NCBI GenBank assembly: GCA_964353785.1
Contig: CAYGWK010000004.1
Coordinates: 22,730 to 86,729, forward strand
DNA: 64,000 bases
Direction of reading: 5' to 3'
From: an uncultured Gammaproteobacteria bacterium
GTDB lineage: Bacteria > Patescibacteriota > Microgenomatia > CAYGWK01
The stretch's first letter is position 1. The number at the start of each line of letters is the position of its first letter. Positions 18,760 to 28,696 of this stretch are shown one piece after another. The position numbers and the translations under genes were made by a program. Below the pieces are notes generated by a model, which saw only the letters and a list, made by a program, of their open reading frames with translations, was not told the DNA's origin and made no database searches.

Positions 18760-19629
18760 TTAAAGTTCCTCGAGTTTTACCTTTTCTGCCCCGGTTTTTT
18801 CTTTAACGAATTGAAGATATTTTTCGGTGGTTGAAAGTCTTTTGTGACCAGCCAGCTTTTGGAGTAAAACTACTGAGGCTCCGGAGGCTAAATGGTAAAC
18901 TAGCCAGGTATTTCTGAGATCATTAACCTTGGCATTCTCAATGCCGGCAATTCGAAAATAGCGGTCAATTGAGGTTCTAATGTTTCGGACCAATAAAGGT
19001 CTGCCGGTTTTGGTCACAAAAACGCTCTTGTTTTTGGTTTTTGGTCGCTCGGCTAAATACTGGTCTAAAGCAGCCTTGGCGACCTTGTTTAAAGGGATAG
19101 TTCTTTCGGATTGGGACTCGTAAGGTTTGATATAGATTTCACCCTCTTTGATATTAGAAAGTTCAAGTCTTGAAAGTTCCCCAATTCTTACTCCTGTTTG
19201 AAGCATCAGTTCTACCGCGGCGGCCATTCTCGCGTCTTGCCGGCAAGCATCCCGGAGAGCTCGATATTCCATTTTGGAAAGAATTCTTGGCGGTTTAACC
19301 TCGTATTTTGGATGAGAAACAGATGCGGCTGGGTCTTCGTCAACCAATCCTTGAGATTTCAAAAACCTAAAAAAGGTTTTAATTGAGTTGATTTTTCGGG
19401 AAATTGACTTTAAGGTATAGCCCTTTTTGGAAAAGTCTTCTTTGAACTGGTCAAGATGCTCACTTGTAATTGAGGTTACCTGGGTTATTTTTTTACCATC
19501 CAAAAAAGAAACCAGCTGCTCGATGTCTTTACCGTATGCTAAAATGGTAGAGATTGAACGCTTTTGGCTTTTTAAATATTCTACAAACTTTTCGTGAGCC
19601 AAAGTTAGAGAGGTTTGTTCGCCTGCCAT
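18760..19629 (-). CDS. XerC/D-like tyrosine recombinase
   Basis: SAM-like N-domain; TGVRIGEL, NDLRNT (in place of HxLRH), LAGH and TTEKY. Confidence 0.85.
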   Translation of the reverse strand: MAGEQTSLTLAHEKFVEYLKSQKRSISTILAYGKDIEQLVSFLDGKKITQVTSITSEHLDQFKEDFSKKGYTLKSISRKINSIKTFFRFLKSQGLVDEDPAASVSHPKYEVKPPRILSKMEYRALRDACRQDARMAAAVELMLQTGVRIGELSRLELSNIKEGEIYIKPYESQSERTIPLNKVAKAALDQYLAERPKTKNKSVFVTKTGRPLLVRNIRTSIDRYFRIAGIENAKVNDLRNTWLVYHLASGASVVLLQKLAGHKRLSTTEKYLQFVKEKTGAEKVKLEEL

Positions 19630-19672
19630 AGTAAACGGCGCTATAATATCACTTGAGAGGATATCTGTCAAG

Positions 19673-20026
19673 ATGAGAAACAAACTAATTACTGGGATAC
19701 TCTTTCTTTTTGGTCTCTACCTCATAGTTTCTTTCTCTCGGGATATTTTGGATCTATATCAAAAAAGTAAAGAAATTGAAAAAGAACAGTTTAAACTTGA
19801 AGAACTTCAGGTTAAAAATGAAGAATTAAAAAAGCAACTTGAATATGTCAAAAGTCAGGAATTTTTGGAGAAAGAGGCGCGAGAAAAATTAGGGTTGGCT
19901 AAGGAAGGAGAGGCAGTCGTCATTCTGCCGGAAAATGTTGAGGAGTTAATCAGTGGTAATCAGCCTCAAATCAGCGCTAATCAGGAAGTTCCTAACTGGA
20001 AAAAGTGGCTCAAGCTTTTCTTTTGA
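19673..20026 (+). CDS. Septum formation initiator (FtsB/DivIC family)
   Basis: TM, coiled coil and EKEAREKLGLAKEGE motif. Confidence 0.85.
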   Translation: MRNKLITGILFLFGLYLIVSFSRDILDLYQKSKEIEKEQFKLEELQVKNEELKKQLEYVKSQEFLEKEAREKLGLAKEGEAVVILPENVEELISGNQPQISANQEVPNWKKWLKLFF

Positions 20027-20054
20027 AGCAGAATTTGGTATAATTCTTCTGTCA

Positions 20055-20127
20055 CGCGGGGTAGTGTAAAGTTGCACGGAAGGCTCATAATCTTCCAGCC
20101 TGGGCGCGATTCCCAGCCCCGCAACCA
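20055..20127 (+). tRNA. tRNA-fMet (CAT), atypical
   Basis: CGCGGGG/CCCCGCA with C1:A72 mismatch, CAT anticodon, encoded CCA. Confidence 0.8.
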
Positions 20128-20199
20128 GGCAGCGTAGCTCAGTGGTAGAGCGGTATCTTCATAAGATAATGGTCACAGGTTCAAATCCTGTCGCTGCCA
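20128..20199 (+). tRNA. tRNA-Met (CAT), probably elongator
   Basis: GGCAGCG/CGCTGCC acceptor; loop TTCATAA; T-arm ACAGG-TTCAAAT-CCTGT. Confidence 0.88.
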
Positions 20200-20201
20200 C
20201 T

Positions 20202-20230
20202 AACTGCCTTTCATTTAGGGCAGTTTTTTT
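20202..20230 (+). terminator. Intrinsic terminator after the tRNA pair
   Basis: AACTGCCTT...AGGGCAGTT followed by a T-run. Confidence 0.7.
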
Positions 20231-20243
20231 GTATCATAAACAT

Positions 20244-21230
20244 ATGGAAAAAAAGCGAGTTTTTTCAGGAACAAGACCAACTGGCAAACTTCACCTGGGT
20301 AATTATCTTGGTGGGGTAAAGGGTTATATTGCTTTACAAGAGAAGGGAGACCTTGATTGTATTTATGGAATTGTCGACCTCCACGCGATTACTTCTCCTT
20401 ATGAACCAAAAAAACTTCAACAAAATATCCGAGAGGTTGCCTTAGATTATCTTGGGGCTGGACTTGATCCTAAAAAATGCCACCTTGTGGTTCAATCCCA
20501 AGTTCCAGAACACCTGGAGCTTGCCTATCTTTTTGGAACAATTTATCCAGTTTCCCGAGTTGAGCAACTACCGACTTATAAAGAAAAAAAATTAGAACAA
20601 CCAAATTATATAAATGTTGGACTTTTTTACTATCCGATTTTAATGGCGGCTGATATTTTAATTTACAAAGCCGAGCTTGTACCGGTTGGGATTGACCAGG
20701 AGCCTCATTTGGAAATAACTCGAGAGATAGCCCGAAAGTTTAACCAGATGTTTGGAAAATTATTCCCCGAACCACAAAGATTTGCTACGCCCGGTGAGTC
20801 TGTTCCTTCTTTAAGTGGCCAGGGAAAAATGAGCAAAAGCATTCCCGGAAGTTATATTTTGTTGACTGATGATTTGGAAACGATTAAGAGCAGGCTGGCT
20901 GGAGCTCCAACTGATATTGGCAAAGGAGAAAAGGTTCCTAAAGAAGGAGGAGTGGTGAATTTACTGACTTTAGTTGAACTATTTCAAGGAAAAGAGGCAG
21001 GAGAAAAATACGAGAAACAATATTTGGGAACTGGGATAAAATATTCAGAACTTAAGGAAAAACTGGCCGAAGCGATTTATAAAGAATTAAAACCGATTCA
21101 AGAAAGACGAAAATATTTTGAGGAGCATCCGGAGGAAGTTGATAAAATTTTAGAGGAGGGCCGAGTTTATTGCTCAAAAATCGCCAAAGCCACCCTTCTT
21201 GAAGCCAAAAAGGCGACGGGATTGATTTAA
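20244..21230 (+). CDS. trpS: Tryptophanyl-tRNA synthetase
   Basis: RPTGKLHLGNY (HIGH-like), YPILMAADI, VPVGIDQ, KMSKS; start moved to ATG 20244 because the upstream part overlaps a tRNA. Confidence 0.96.
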   Translation: MEKKRVFSGTRPTGKLHLGNYLGGVKGYIALQEKGDLDCIYGIVDLHAITSPYEPKKLQQNIREVALDYLGAGLDPKKCHLVVQSQVPEHLELAYLFGTIYPVSRVEQLPTYKEKKLEQPNYINVGLFYYPILMAADILIYKAELVPVGIDQEPHLEITREIARKFNQMFGKLFPEPQRFATPGESVPSLSGQGKMSKSIPGSYILLTDDLETIKSRLAGAPTDIGKGEKVPKEGGVVNLLTLVELFQGKEAGEKYEKQYLGTGIKYSELKEKLAEAIYKELKPIQERRKYFEEHPEEVDKILEEGRVYCSKIAKATLLEAKKATGLI

Positions 21231-21557
21231 ATGAATACACTTTCTTTTTCTGATTTTCAAAAAATAGACCTTCGGATTGGTAAAGTTTTGCAGGCGGAAA
21301 AAGTTTTAGAAAGTCGGCATTTAATAAGAATGAAGATTGATTTGGGAGAAGAAAAACCAAGAAATATTTTGGCAGGAATTGGCGAGTGGTATGAGCCTAA
21401 AGATTTAATTGGCAAAAATTTTATTTTTGTTACAAACCTCCAGTCTAAAAAAATGCTAGGCGAGGAATCAAACGGGATGATTTTATGTGCTGACTTGGAA
21501 GGAAAGGCTATTTTAGTTCCTGCTCCTGATGTTCCTCCAGGAACAATCGTCAGATAA
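21231..21557 (+). CDS. tRNA-binding OB-fold protein (Trbp111/CsaA/MetRS C-terminal type)
   Basis: DFQKIDLRIGKV...NL..KKMLGEESNGMIL. Confidence 0.85.
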   Translation: MNTLSFSDFQKIDLRIGKVLQAEKVLESRHLIRMKIDLGEEKPRNILAGIGEWYEPKDLIGKNFIFVTNLQSKKMLGEESNGMILCADLEGKAILVPAPDVPPGTIVR

Positions 21558-21602
21558 AACTCTTCCAAAAACTGGGTTTTTCTGGTATAATTTTAGTTTG
21601 AG

Positions 21603-23462
21603 ATGGCGAACAACAAAAAAATTACTCGGCGGTTTGAATTCCGGCTTAACCTTAACCCCAAAAATATAATTATCTGGACCTTGGTTTTTATTCTTGGTCT
21701 TTCTCTTTTTCTTTCATTTTTAACCAGCGGCCCTCAAACAGGGGAGGAGATTTCTTTATCGACGGCTTTAACTGATATTAAAGAGGGAAAGGTAAAAGAA
21801 ATTTTGGTTGAGGGAGACAAACTCGTTTTGACTTATAAAGAAAAAGATAAAATCTCTTTTACCCAGAAAGAGACCGGCGATAAAATTAGCGAGGTTTTAT
21901 CCTCGGCTGGAATTGACCCAACTTCTGTTGGGCTTAAAATTAAAGATCAATCTCTTTCCCGGATTTGGGTTGATATCCTGGGAACAATTTTACCTTTGGC
22001 CTTGATGGCAATTTTCTTCTTTTTTATTATCCGCCAAGCCAGAGGAGCTCAAGATTCAATTTTCTCTTTTGGTCAAAGTAAGGCTCGTCTTTTTGCCAAA
22101 GGCAGACAAAATATTACTTTTAAAGACGTCGCCGGTGTTGACGAGGCAAAAAAAGAACTTGAGGAAGTGGTTGATTTTCTAAAGCATCCGGTGAAATACC
22201 ACTCTTTGGGAGCAAGAACCCCAAAAGGTGTTCTTTTAGTTGGTCCCTCTGGGTGTGGGAAAACTCTTTTGGCCAAGGCCGTCGCTGGGGAAGCCGGCGT
22301 TTCCTTCTTCTCTATGGCCGGTTCAGAGTTTATGGAAATGCTTGTTGGCGTTGGCGCCGCTCGGGTAAGAGATTTGTTCAATAATGCTAAAAGAGCAGCC
22401 CCATCAATTATTTTTATAGATGAGATTGACGCTATTGGCCGAATGCGAGGTTTGGGGATTGCTGGTGGACATGATGAAAGAGAACAAACCCTAAATCAGA
22501 TTTTGGTTGAGATGGATGGCTTTACTCCAAACGATAATGTTATTGTTGTTGCCGCCACCAACAGAGGTGATTTGCTTGATCCGGCTTTGCTTCGACCGGG
22601 AAGATTTGACCGAACAGTTGTTTTAGATATGCCGGATATGGAGGCCCGACGAGCAATTTTAAAGATTCATGCGCGGGGAAAGCCTTTTACTCCTGGCGTT
22701 GACTGGGATAAAGTTGCCAAAAGAACGGTTGGATTTTCTGGGGCGGATATTGAAAATATGTTAAATGAAGCCGCCATTCTGGCGGCTAGGGAGGGCAAAA
22801 GAGCAATTGAAATGGCAGAAATCGATGAAGCCGCTATTAAGGTTAAATTGGGACCGGCGAAAAAAAGACTCCAAACCGAAGAAGATAAAAAAATGACTGC
22901 TTACCACGAGGCCGGACACGCTATCGTTACCTCAAATCTTCCTCATATGGATCCGGTTTCTCGAATCTCAATTGTGGCTCGAGGTGTTTCTTTAGGTCAT
23001 ACTTTAATTCCCCCAACCCAGGACCGAACCCATGAGACAAAATCGCACTTGATGGAACAAATAACTGCCCTTTTGGGAGGTCGGGCAGCCGAAGATATTG
23101 TTTTTGAGGAGATGACCACCGGAGCGGCCAATGATATTGAGCAAGCAACCAGGATTGCTCGAGGCATGGTTATAGATTTTGGCATGAGCGATTTGGGACC
23201 AGTGAATTTAGGACCTCAAGTTGAATATTCAGATATGGGTAGGGCCCTTTGGATGGAGCCTTCGCAACTTTCTCCGGAAATGGCGTCCAAAGTGGACCGA
23301 GAAGTTAAAAAGATTGTTGATTTCTCATACGGGCAGGCTTTGGCGATTTTAAAGAAATCTCGGAAAAAACTTGACCTGGTCGCCGGAAGTTTAATTAAAA
23401 AAGAAACCTTAGAGCAAGAGGAATTTGAGAAATTGATGGGCAAGAAGACGGTTAAGGCTTGA
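21603..23462 (+). CDS. ftsH: ATP-dependent zinc metalloprotease FtsH
   Basis: Two TMs, Walker [26 protein letters not shown]. Confidence 0.97.
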   Translation: MANNKKITRRFEFRLNLNPKNIIIWTLVFILGLSLFLSFLTSGPQTGEEISLSTALTDIKEGKVKEILVEGDKLVLTYKEKDKISFTQKETGDKISEVLSSAGIDPTSVGLKIKDQSLSRIWVDILGTILPLALMAIFFFFIIRQARGAQDSIFSFGQSKARLFAKGRQNITFKDVAGVDEAKKELEEVVDFLKHPVKYHSLGARTPKGVLLVGPSGCGKTLLAKAVAGEAGVSFFSMAGSEFMEMLVGVGAARVRDLFNNAKRAAPSIIFIDEIDAIGRMRGLGIAGGHDEREQTLNQILVEMDGFTPNDNVIVVAATNRGDLLDPALLRPGRFDRTVVLDMPDMEARRAILKIHARGKPFTPGVDWDKVAKRTVGFSGADIENMLNEAAILAAREGKRAIEMAEIDEAAIKVKLGPAKKRLQTEEDKKMTAYHEAGHAIVTSNLPHMDPVSRISIVARGVSLGHTLIPPTQDRTHETKSHLMEQITALLGGRAAEDIVFEEMTTGAANDIEQATRIARGMVIDFGMSDLGPVNLGPQVEYSDMGRALWMEPSQLSPEMASKVDREVKKIVDFSYGQALAILKKSRKKLDLVAGSLIKKETLEQEEFEKLMGKKTVKA

Positions 23463-23529
23463 CAAGAGATTAAAGAAAATGTTATAAGGTTTTCACTGCC
23501 TGAAAAAGGCAGTTTTTTGAAAGGAAAAG

Positions 23530-24075
23530 ATGGGACCAGAAATATTAAGTTTAGATTCACAACCAAGAGAAATTCCAAGAGCTCCGACTGAAAGTGTTCG
23601 AGCGCTTCTTGAGTCGGAAATAAATAAGGTTATTAATGGAGACCAAGAGGAGTACACAGTTTTAGTTGGTAGACGCGAATATCCTTCGGGTAGAGAGGTG
23701 ATCTTTCATCAGCTTCCTCGAAAAATAGAAATAGGTGGCGTAGAGAGAGTGGTTGACACCAAAGGAGTTGACGCTGCTTTTTGGCAAATTATTGGGGAGC
23801 GATTGGGAGTTGATTTCCCTCTGGTGATGGAATGTCTAGAAGACGAGTGGGATGAAAAGATAGATGAAGGTTATAATCACACCGTTTTTGAATGGCAATT
23901 TCCTACAACTATAGATAACATTTTAGTTGTCTTTAGGAAACACGTAGCTAGCATTGGAGAGATGGGTTGGGAATGGGCAGTAAGAAATACTCATCCTAAA
24001 GGACTTGGGACAAGAATTAAAGAAGGAGTTCGAAAAAGATTTGCTCGATTTCCAGTTATAATTTTTCCTTATTGA
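23530..24075 (+). CDS. Hypothetical protein (paralog of 24089..24553)
   Basis: Shares PT..NI...W...N.HPK....IKE.V C-terminal pattern with the next gene. Confidence 0.6.
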   Translation: MGPEILSLDSQPREIPRAPTESVRALLESEINKVINGDQEEYTVLVGRREYPSGREVIFHQLPRKIEIGGVERVVDTKGVDAAFWQIIGERLGVDFPLVMECLEDEWDEKIDEGYNHTVFEWQFPTTIDNILVVFRKHVASIGEMGWEWAVRNTHPKGLGTRIKEGVRKRFARFPVIIFPY

Positions 24076-24088
24076 CCCGGAGACGAAT

Positions 24089-24553
24089 ATGGTAGAACAA
24101 GTAGCAGATAAAGAAAAAAGCCTAGAAGAAATTTTGGCTCTAACTTTGGAGACAATTCGGCCTGTATTGAGAGGAGATAAAAGAAAGACTAAGATTTTCA
24201 AAGATGGAGAAGATCCAGAATTTTATCCAGTTTCAGGTGTTGGACCAAAAACAGCCAGAGAGGTGGTTGAGAGATTGGCAAAAAAGTTAGGAGCTGATTT
24301 AACAACAGGAAAAGAGATCAGTTATGAACCGACCGACATCAGTGGTTCGATGGCAAGGGCTATTTATCATTATCCAACCAAGAGATTTACAAATATTTTC
24401 ATTACTGCGGAACTTATTAAACCCTGGGATGCTGGTTATTACCAGGTTGCAACCTGGGGAATTGAAAATCTTCATCCAAAAACGGAATTTCAGAAAATTA
24501 AAGAGAGAGTTCAAGAAATCTTTGGGGTAAGGGAACAGTATATTCAAGCCTAA
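24089..24553 (+). CDS. Hypothetical protein (paralog of 23530..24075)
   Basis: Same C-terminal pattern as the preceding gene. Confidence 0.6.
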   Translation: MVEQVADKEKSLEEILALTLETIRPVLRGDKRKTKIFKDGEDPEFYPVSGVGPKTAREVVERLAKKLGADLTTGKEISYEPTDISGSMARAIYHYPTKRFTNIFITAELIKPWDAGYYQVATWGIENLHPKTEFQKIKERVQEIFGVREQYIQA

Positions 24554-24590
24554 AGTGATTCTTTTCTCCTAGTTGTGGTAAAATAGCCTC

Positions 24591-25532
24591 ATGAAGCGGT
24601 TTGTTTTAATTGACGGGCATGCAATCTTGCACCGCGCCTATCACGCTCTTCCTCCTTTAACTATTCGTTCTGGAGAATTGGTTAATGCCGTTTACGGATT
24701 TACAACCATGCTTCTTAAAGTGATTTCTGACTTGAAGCCTAAATATCTAGCCGTTGCTTTTGATAACCCAAAACCAACCTTTAGACAGATGGAATACGTG
24801 GGTTATCAGGCCCAAAGACCGGAGATGGAGGAGGAATTGAAAGGGCAAATTGAAAGAGTTTATGAAATGTTGACGGCGATGGGAATTCCTATATTTGAGA
24901 AAGAGGGCTTTGAGGCAGACGATGTTATTGGGACGCTGGCGGAAAAGGCGATAGGAGATAAGAGATATGCGATAAAAGAGGTAATCATTGTTACCGGCGA
25001 TCGGGACATGATGCAGCTGGTTGGACCAAAAATAAGAGTTTATGCGCCAATTAAAGGGCTTTCCGAAGCGCAATTTTTTGACGAAGAAAAGGTCGAGAGA
25101 GAAATTGGGGTTCGACCAGGACAGATTGTTGATTTTAAGGGTTTAACTGGCGATCCCTCGGATAATTATCCTGGGGTGCCGGGAATTGGACCAAAGACAG
25201 CCAGAGAACTTTTAGAAAAATTTAAGACTTTGGAAAAAATCTACAAAAGCTTGGATGAAGCCGGCAGATTTTTTAACCCAAGCGTGGTGGCAAAACTTGC
25301 CCAAGGAAAAGAATCAGCCCAGCTTTCTAAAAGGTTGGCGACGATTGTCACTGATGTTCCTTTAAAACTTGATTTGAAAAAATGTGAGTTTGAGTTTAGT
25401 GATAAAGAAAGAGAAAAGACTATTAAAAAACTTGAAGAATTAAGATTTAAAAGCCTGGTTGAAAGACTAAAAAAACCTGCAACTCAGAAAATACAGAGGA
25501 AGACAAGAGAGGGGCAATTAAAGCTGGTTTAG
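24591..25532 (+). CDS. Stand-alone 5'-3' exonuclease (PolA N-terminal/FEN domain)
   Basis: LIDGH...RAYHA, EADDVIGT, TGDRD, GDPSDNYPGVPGIGPKTA; no polymerase domain. Confidence 0.92.
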   Translation: MKRFVLIDGHAILHRAYHALPPLTIRSGELVNAVYGFTTMLLKVISDLKPKYLAVAFDNPKPTFRQMEYVGYQAQRPEMEEELKGQIERVYEMLTAMGIPIFEKEGFEADDVIGTLAEKAIGDKRYAIKEVIIVTGDRDMMQLVGPKIRVYAPIKGLSEAQFFDEEKVEREIGVRPGQIVDFKGLTGDPSDNYPGVPGIGPKTARELLEKFKTLEKIYKSLDEAGRFFNPSVVAKLAQGKESAQLSKRLATIVTDVPLKLDLKKCEFEFSDKEREKTIKKLEELRFKSLVERLKKPATQKIQRKTREGQLKLV

Positions 25533-25535
25533 CCA

Positions 25536-25646
25536 TAAAAATGCTCCGCCTTGCGGCAGAGCATGATGGGGAAACCTTGCGGTCTCCCCGTGAGTGGTCT
25601 TGCCTTGCGGCAAGACCATAAATGCTTGAGTCTTTCGACTCAAGCA
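25536..25646 (-). ncRNA. Candidate small RNA of four GNRA-capped hairpins
   Basis: Minus-strand promoter TTGACA-17-TATACT directly upstream; GAAA/GCAA loops, G-U pairs and terminal U-run all on the minus strand. Confidence 0.65.
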
Positions 25647-25651
25647 GGAGA

Positions 25652-25680
25652 AGTATAGCACAAAAAAAGAGGTTTGTCAA
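25652..25680 (-). promoter_or_regulatory. Sigma70 promoter (minus strand) for the hairpin RNA
   Basis: Reverse complement reads TTGACA (25680-25675), 17 bp, TATACT (25657-25652). Confidence 0.7.
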
Positions 25681-25696
25681 GTTTTTGAACGAAGAA

Positions 25697-26815
25697 ATGA
25701 AAAATTTAAAAGTGGTCCTGGTGCACGATTATCTTAAGGAATATGGGGGGGCGGAAAGAGTTCTCAAGGCCCTTCGCGAAATTTGGCCCGAGGCCCCAAT
25801 TTATACTGCTTTTTGTCTTAAGAATTCCGCCGCCGGAAGGGCTTTTGCTGATGCTAAAATAGTTGAATCCCGCTTTGCCCCTTTAATTAAATACAAAAAT
25901 CTTTATAGTCCTTTGCGTTTTTTAACTCCTTTAATTTGGAGAAGTTTTAATCTTTCGCAATATGATTTGGTTATTACTTCTGCGTCTTGGTATATCACCC
26001 GTGGATTTCGAGTTGGACCAAAAACTAAAGTGATTTGTTATTGTCATACACCACCAAGATATTTATATGGTTATCCAACCTCAATTGAGTGGCAAAGATA
26101 TTTACCGGTTAGGATTTATGGTAGCCTTATTGCTCATTTTTTAAGGCTTTATGATTATTCTTCAGCCCAAAAAGTAGATGAGTTTATCGTCAATTCTGAA
26201 AATGTTGCCGCCCGGGTAAAAAAATTCTATCGCCGTTCCTCAACGGTGATTTATCCCCCGGTTGAAGTTGAAAAAATTAAAAAAGCCACCGCTGGACTTA
26301 AACCCAAAGATTATTTCTTGGTTGCTTCTCGACTTGTTGGAGCAAAGGGAATTGAATTGGCGGCGGAGGTGGCTAAAAAAGCCAAAGCGAGAATAAAGAT
26401 CGTTGGCGAACCGGCCGGATTGCGCTGGTTTGGGGGAAAACTTAAAAAGTTGGAAAATCCCTATGTAGAATTTTTGGGTCGGATTCCCGATGGAGAACTT
26501 TATCGTTATTATGGCCAATGCAGAGCCTTTCTAGCTTTAGAAACAGATGCAGATTTTGGGATTACGCCAGTTGAAGCCATGGCCGCTGGTCGGCCAGTGA
26601 TTGCTTTTCGGGGTGGAGGATATTTAGAATCAGTAGTTGAAGGAAAAACCGGAGAGTTCTTCAATGAACCCACAGTAGAATCTTTAGTAGCTGTTTTGAA
26701 AGATTTTGACCCGCGAAAATACAAGAAAGACGACTGTATAGCCCAAGCCAAAAAGTTTTCTAAAGAGAGGTTTAAAAAAGAAATAAAGGAATTTGTGGAG
26801 AAAAATCATGCCTGA
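25697..26815 (+). CDS. GT4-family glycosyltransferase
   Basis: VHDYLKEYGGAERVL, YCHTPPRY, DFGITPVEAMAAG. Confidence 0.9.
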   Translation: MKNLKVVLVHDYLKEYGGAERVLKALREIWPEAPIYTAFCLKNSAAGRAFADAKIVESRFAPLIKYKNLYSPLRFLTPLIWRSFNLSQYDLVITSASWYITRGFRVGPKTKVICYCHTPPRYLYGYPTSIEWQRYLPVRIYGSLIAHFLRLYDYSSAQKVDEFIVNSENVAARVKKFYRRSSTVIYPPVEVEKIKKATAGLKPKDYFLVASRLVGAKGIELAAEVAKKAKARIKIVGEPAGLRWFGGKLKKLENPYVEFLGRIPDGELYRYYGQCRAFLALETDADFGITPVEAMAAGRPVIAFRGGGYLESVVEGKTGEFFNEPTVESLVAVLKDFDPRKYKKDDCIAQAKKFSKERFKKEIKEFVEKNHA

Positions 26816-27656
26816 ATTGCCTGAAGTCGAAACTATCAGACGGAGTCTATCTGCCAGCATTGTTGGTAAGAAAATTACTGATATTCAGGTTTTGTTGGCA
26901 AAGCAATTCCAGGGTAAGAAAGAGGATGTTTTAGGGGCAAAAATAATTAGAATAGAAAGAAGAGGAAAGATTTTAAAGATTTCTCTTTCTAACGAAAAAA
27001 ATTTACTTATTCATTTTAAGTTGACTGGTCAATTAGTCTGGGTGCCAAAAGCCGGAGAAATCGTGACTTTGGGCCATCTAATTCCTTTTGCGGGCTCAGA
27101 GTTACCAGCCAAAACTACTCATGTAATTTTTGAAATTGATGGAGGACGGCTATTTTTTAATGATTTAAGGCAGTTCGGCTGGATTAAGGTGGTTGGAGAA
27201 TCAGATGAGCAGATAACTGAAAATCTGGGGGTAGAGCCTTTAACTAAGGAATTTACTGTTGAGAAACTGTCTTCTGTCCTCCAGTCATCTAGTCGTCCAG
27301 TTAAACTAGTGTTAATGGACCAAGAAAAGATTGCTGGAATAGGAAATATTTATGCTAATGAGGCTTTGTTTGAGGCAGGGATTTTGCCGACAAGGGAGGC
27401 AAAATCACTAAGAGACGAAGAAACTGAAAAACTGAGAAACTCGATCATTAAAGTTCTGGAAGACGGGTTAAAATACGGTGGGTCTTCAGCCGCGGACGAG
27501 GCTTATATAAAACCAACTGGTGAGGCTGGCGAATATCAAAAACACTTTCGGGTTTATCAGCGGCAAGGTCAGAAATGCCCTAAATGTGGAGGTGTAATCA
27601 AAAGAATTGAACTAGGCGGGAGGGGTACATTTTTCTGCCCAAGGTGCCAGAAATGA
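26808..27656 (+). CDS. mutM: Formamidopyrimidine-DNA glycosylase
   Basis: MPELPEVET start, IAGIGNIYANE H2TH, C-terminal zinc finger. Confidence 0.95.
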   Translation: MPELPEVETIRRSLSASIVGKKITDIQVLLAKQFQGKKEDVLGAKIIRIERRGKILKISLSNEKNLLIHFKLTGQLVWVPKAGEIVTLGHLIPFAGSELPAKTTHVIFEIDGGRLFFNDLRQFGWIKVVGESDEQITENLGVEPLTKEFTVEKLSSVLQSSSRPVKLVLMDQEKIAGIGNIYANEALFEAGILPTREAKSLRDEETEKLRNSIIKVLEDGLKYGGSSAADEAYIKPTGEAGEYQKHFRVYQRQGQKCPKCGGVIKRIELGGRGTFFCPRCQK

Positions 27657-28696
27657 TTTTAACAAAACTTCGGTTACAAAACTTCCGGAATTATAAGAAG
27701 CAAGAATTTGAGTTTTCAGACAAAACCACTCTCGTTGTTGGTCCAAACACTTCTGGCAAAACCAATTTGTTGGAGGGAATTTATCTTCTAGCCACTGGCA
27801 AATCTTTTCGAGCTGGTCTTGAACAGGAGATGATTGCCTATGACCAAGATTTATCAAGGGTTAAAGGCAGGATTTTAAACAAAGAAAGAACTGATTTGGA
27901 AATAATTTTAACCAGAGGCGAAGTTTTAGGTGAGAAAGTGGCTAAGAAAAAATATCAGGTCAACGGGGTCTCCAAGCGGGCAATAGATTTTGTCGGCAAG
28001 CTTTTGGCAGTTTATTTTGGACCAGAAGATTTAGATTTGGTGACAAACTCTCCTTCTTTGCGGAGAAAATATCTGGATTCGGTTTTATCCCAAGTTGACA
28101 GAGAATATAGCCGCTCGGCTCTTTCTTATGAGAAGGGTTTGCGTCAAAGAAATAAACTACTTGAGAGGATTCGGGAGGAAGGCGCCTCAAGAAGTCAACT
28201 TTTATTTTGGAATCAACTTCTGATTAAAAATGGAGAATATATCACCAGGAAAAGAGAAGAATTTATTGAATTTGTCAACAGCCAACGGTTTTCAGCATTC
28301 AGTTTTCAACTGGAATATGATAAAAGCATTATTTCGCCAGCAAGACTTGAGGATTATGCTGAGGAAGAGGTGGCGGCTGGAGCCACGCTGGTCGGTCCCC
28401 ATCGAGACGACTTTTCTTTTAAACTTCAGAAACGAAACTTAAGCGCTTTTGGTTCGCGGGGAGAACAAAGGCTGGCGATTTTATGGCTTAAACTTTGTGA
28501 GCTGGAATTCATTACTCAGGCAGTGGGCGAGCGACCAGTTTTACTTTTAGATGATATTTTTTCCGAACTTGACAAAAAACACCGAAAACTGGTTTTAGAG
28601 ATTATTCCCCAGCAGCAAACAATCATCACCACCGCCGAGCAAGAGATGGTTGAAAAAGAATATCTAAAAAAGATAGAAATGGTAAAATTGGGCTAA
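27653..28696 (+). CDS. recF: DNA replication/repair protein RecF
   Basis: NFRNY, GPNTSGKTNLLE, GPHRDD, SRGEQR, LLDDIFSELD. Confidence 0.95.
   Translation: MILTKLRLQNFRNYKKQEFEFSDKTTLVVGPNTSGKTNLLEGIYLLATGKSFRAGLEQEMIAYDQDLSRVKGRILNKERTDLEIILTRGEVLGEKVAKKKYQVNGVSKRAIDFVGKLLAVYFGPEDLDLVTNSPSLRRKYLDSVLSQVDREYSRSALSYEKGLRQRNKLLERIREEGASRSQLLFWNQLLIKNGEYITRKREEFIEFVNSQRFSAFSFQLEYDKSIISPARLEDYAEEEVAAGATLVGPHRDDFSFKLQKRNLSAFGSRGEQRLAILWLKLCELEFITQAVGERPVLLLDDIFSELDKKHRKLVLEIIPQQQTIITTAEQEMVEKEYLKKIEMVKLG

Noticed and set aside
16321-19629. ICE or prophage (coupling-type ATPase, integrase, tRNA)
   Set aside because: No relaxase, T4SS or phage genes, no duplicated tRNA 3' end seen, and flanks are housekeeping genes
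20142-20243. N-terminal extension of TrpRS in the ORF track
   Set aside because: Overlaps tRNA-Met and its terminator; the real start is ATG 20244
25536-25646. CRISPR array
   Set aside because: Hairpin stems differ in sequence, there are no spacer-length unique segments and no cas genes
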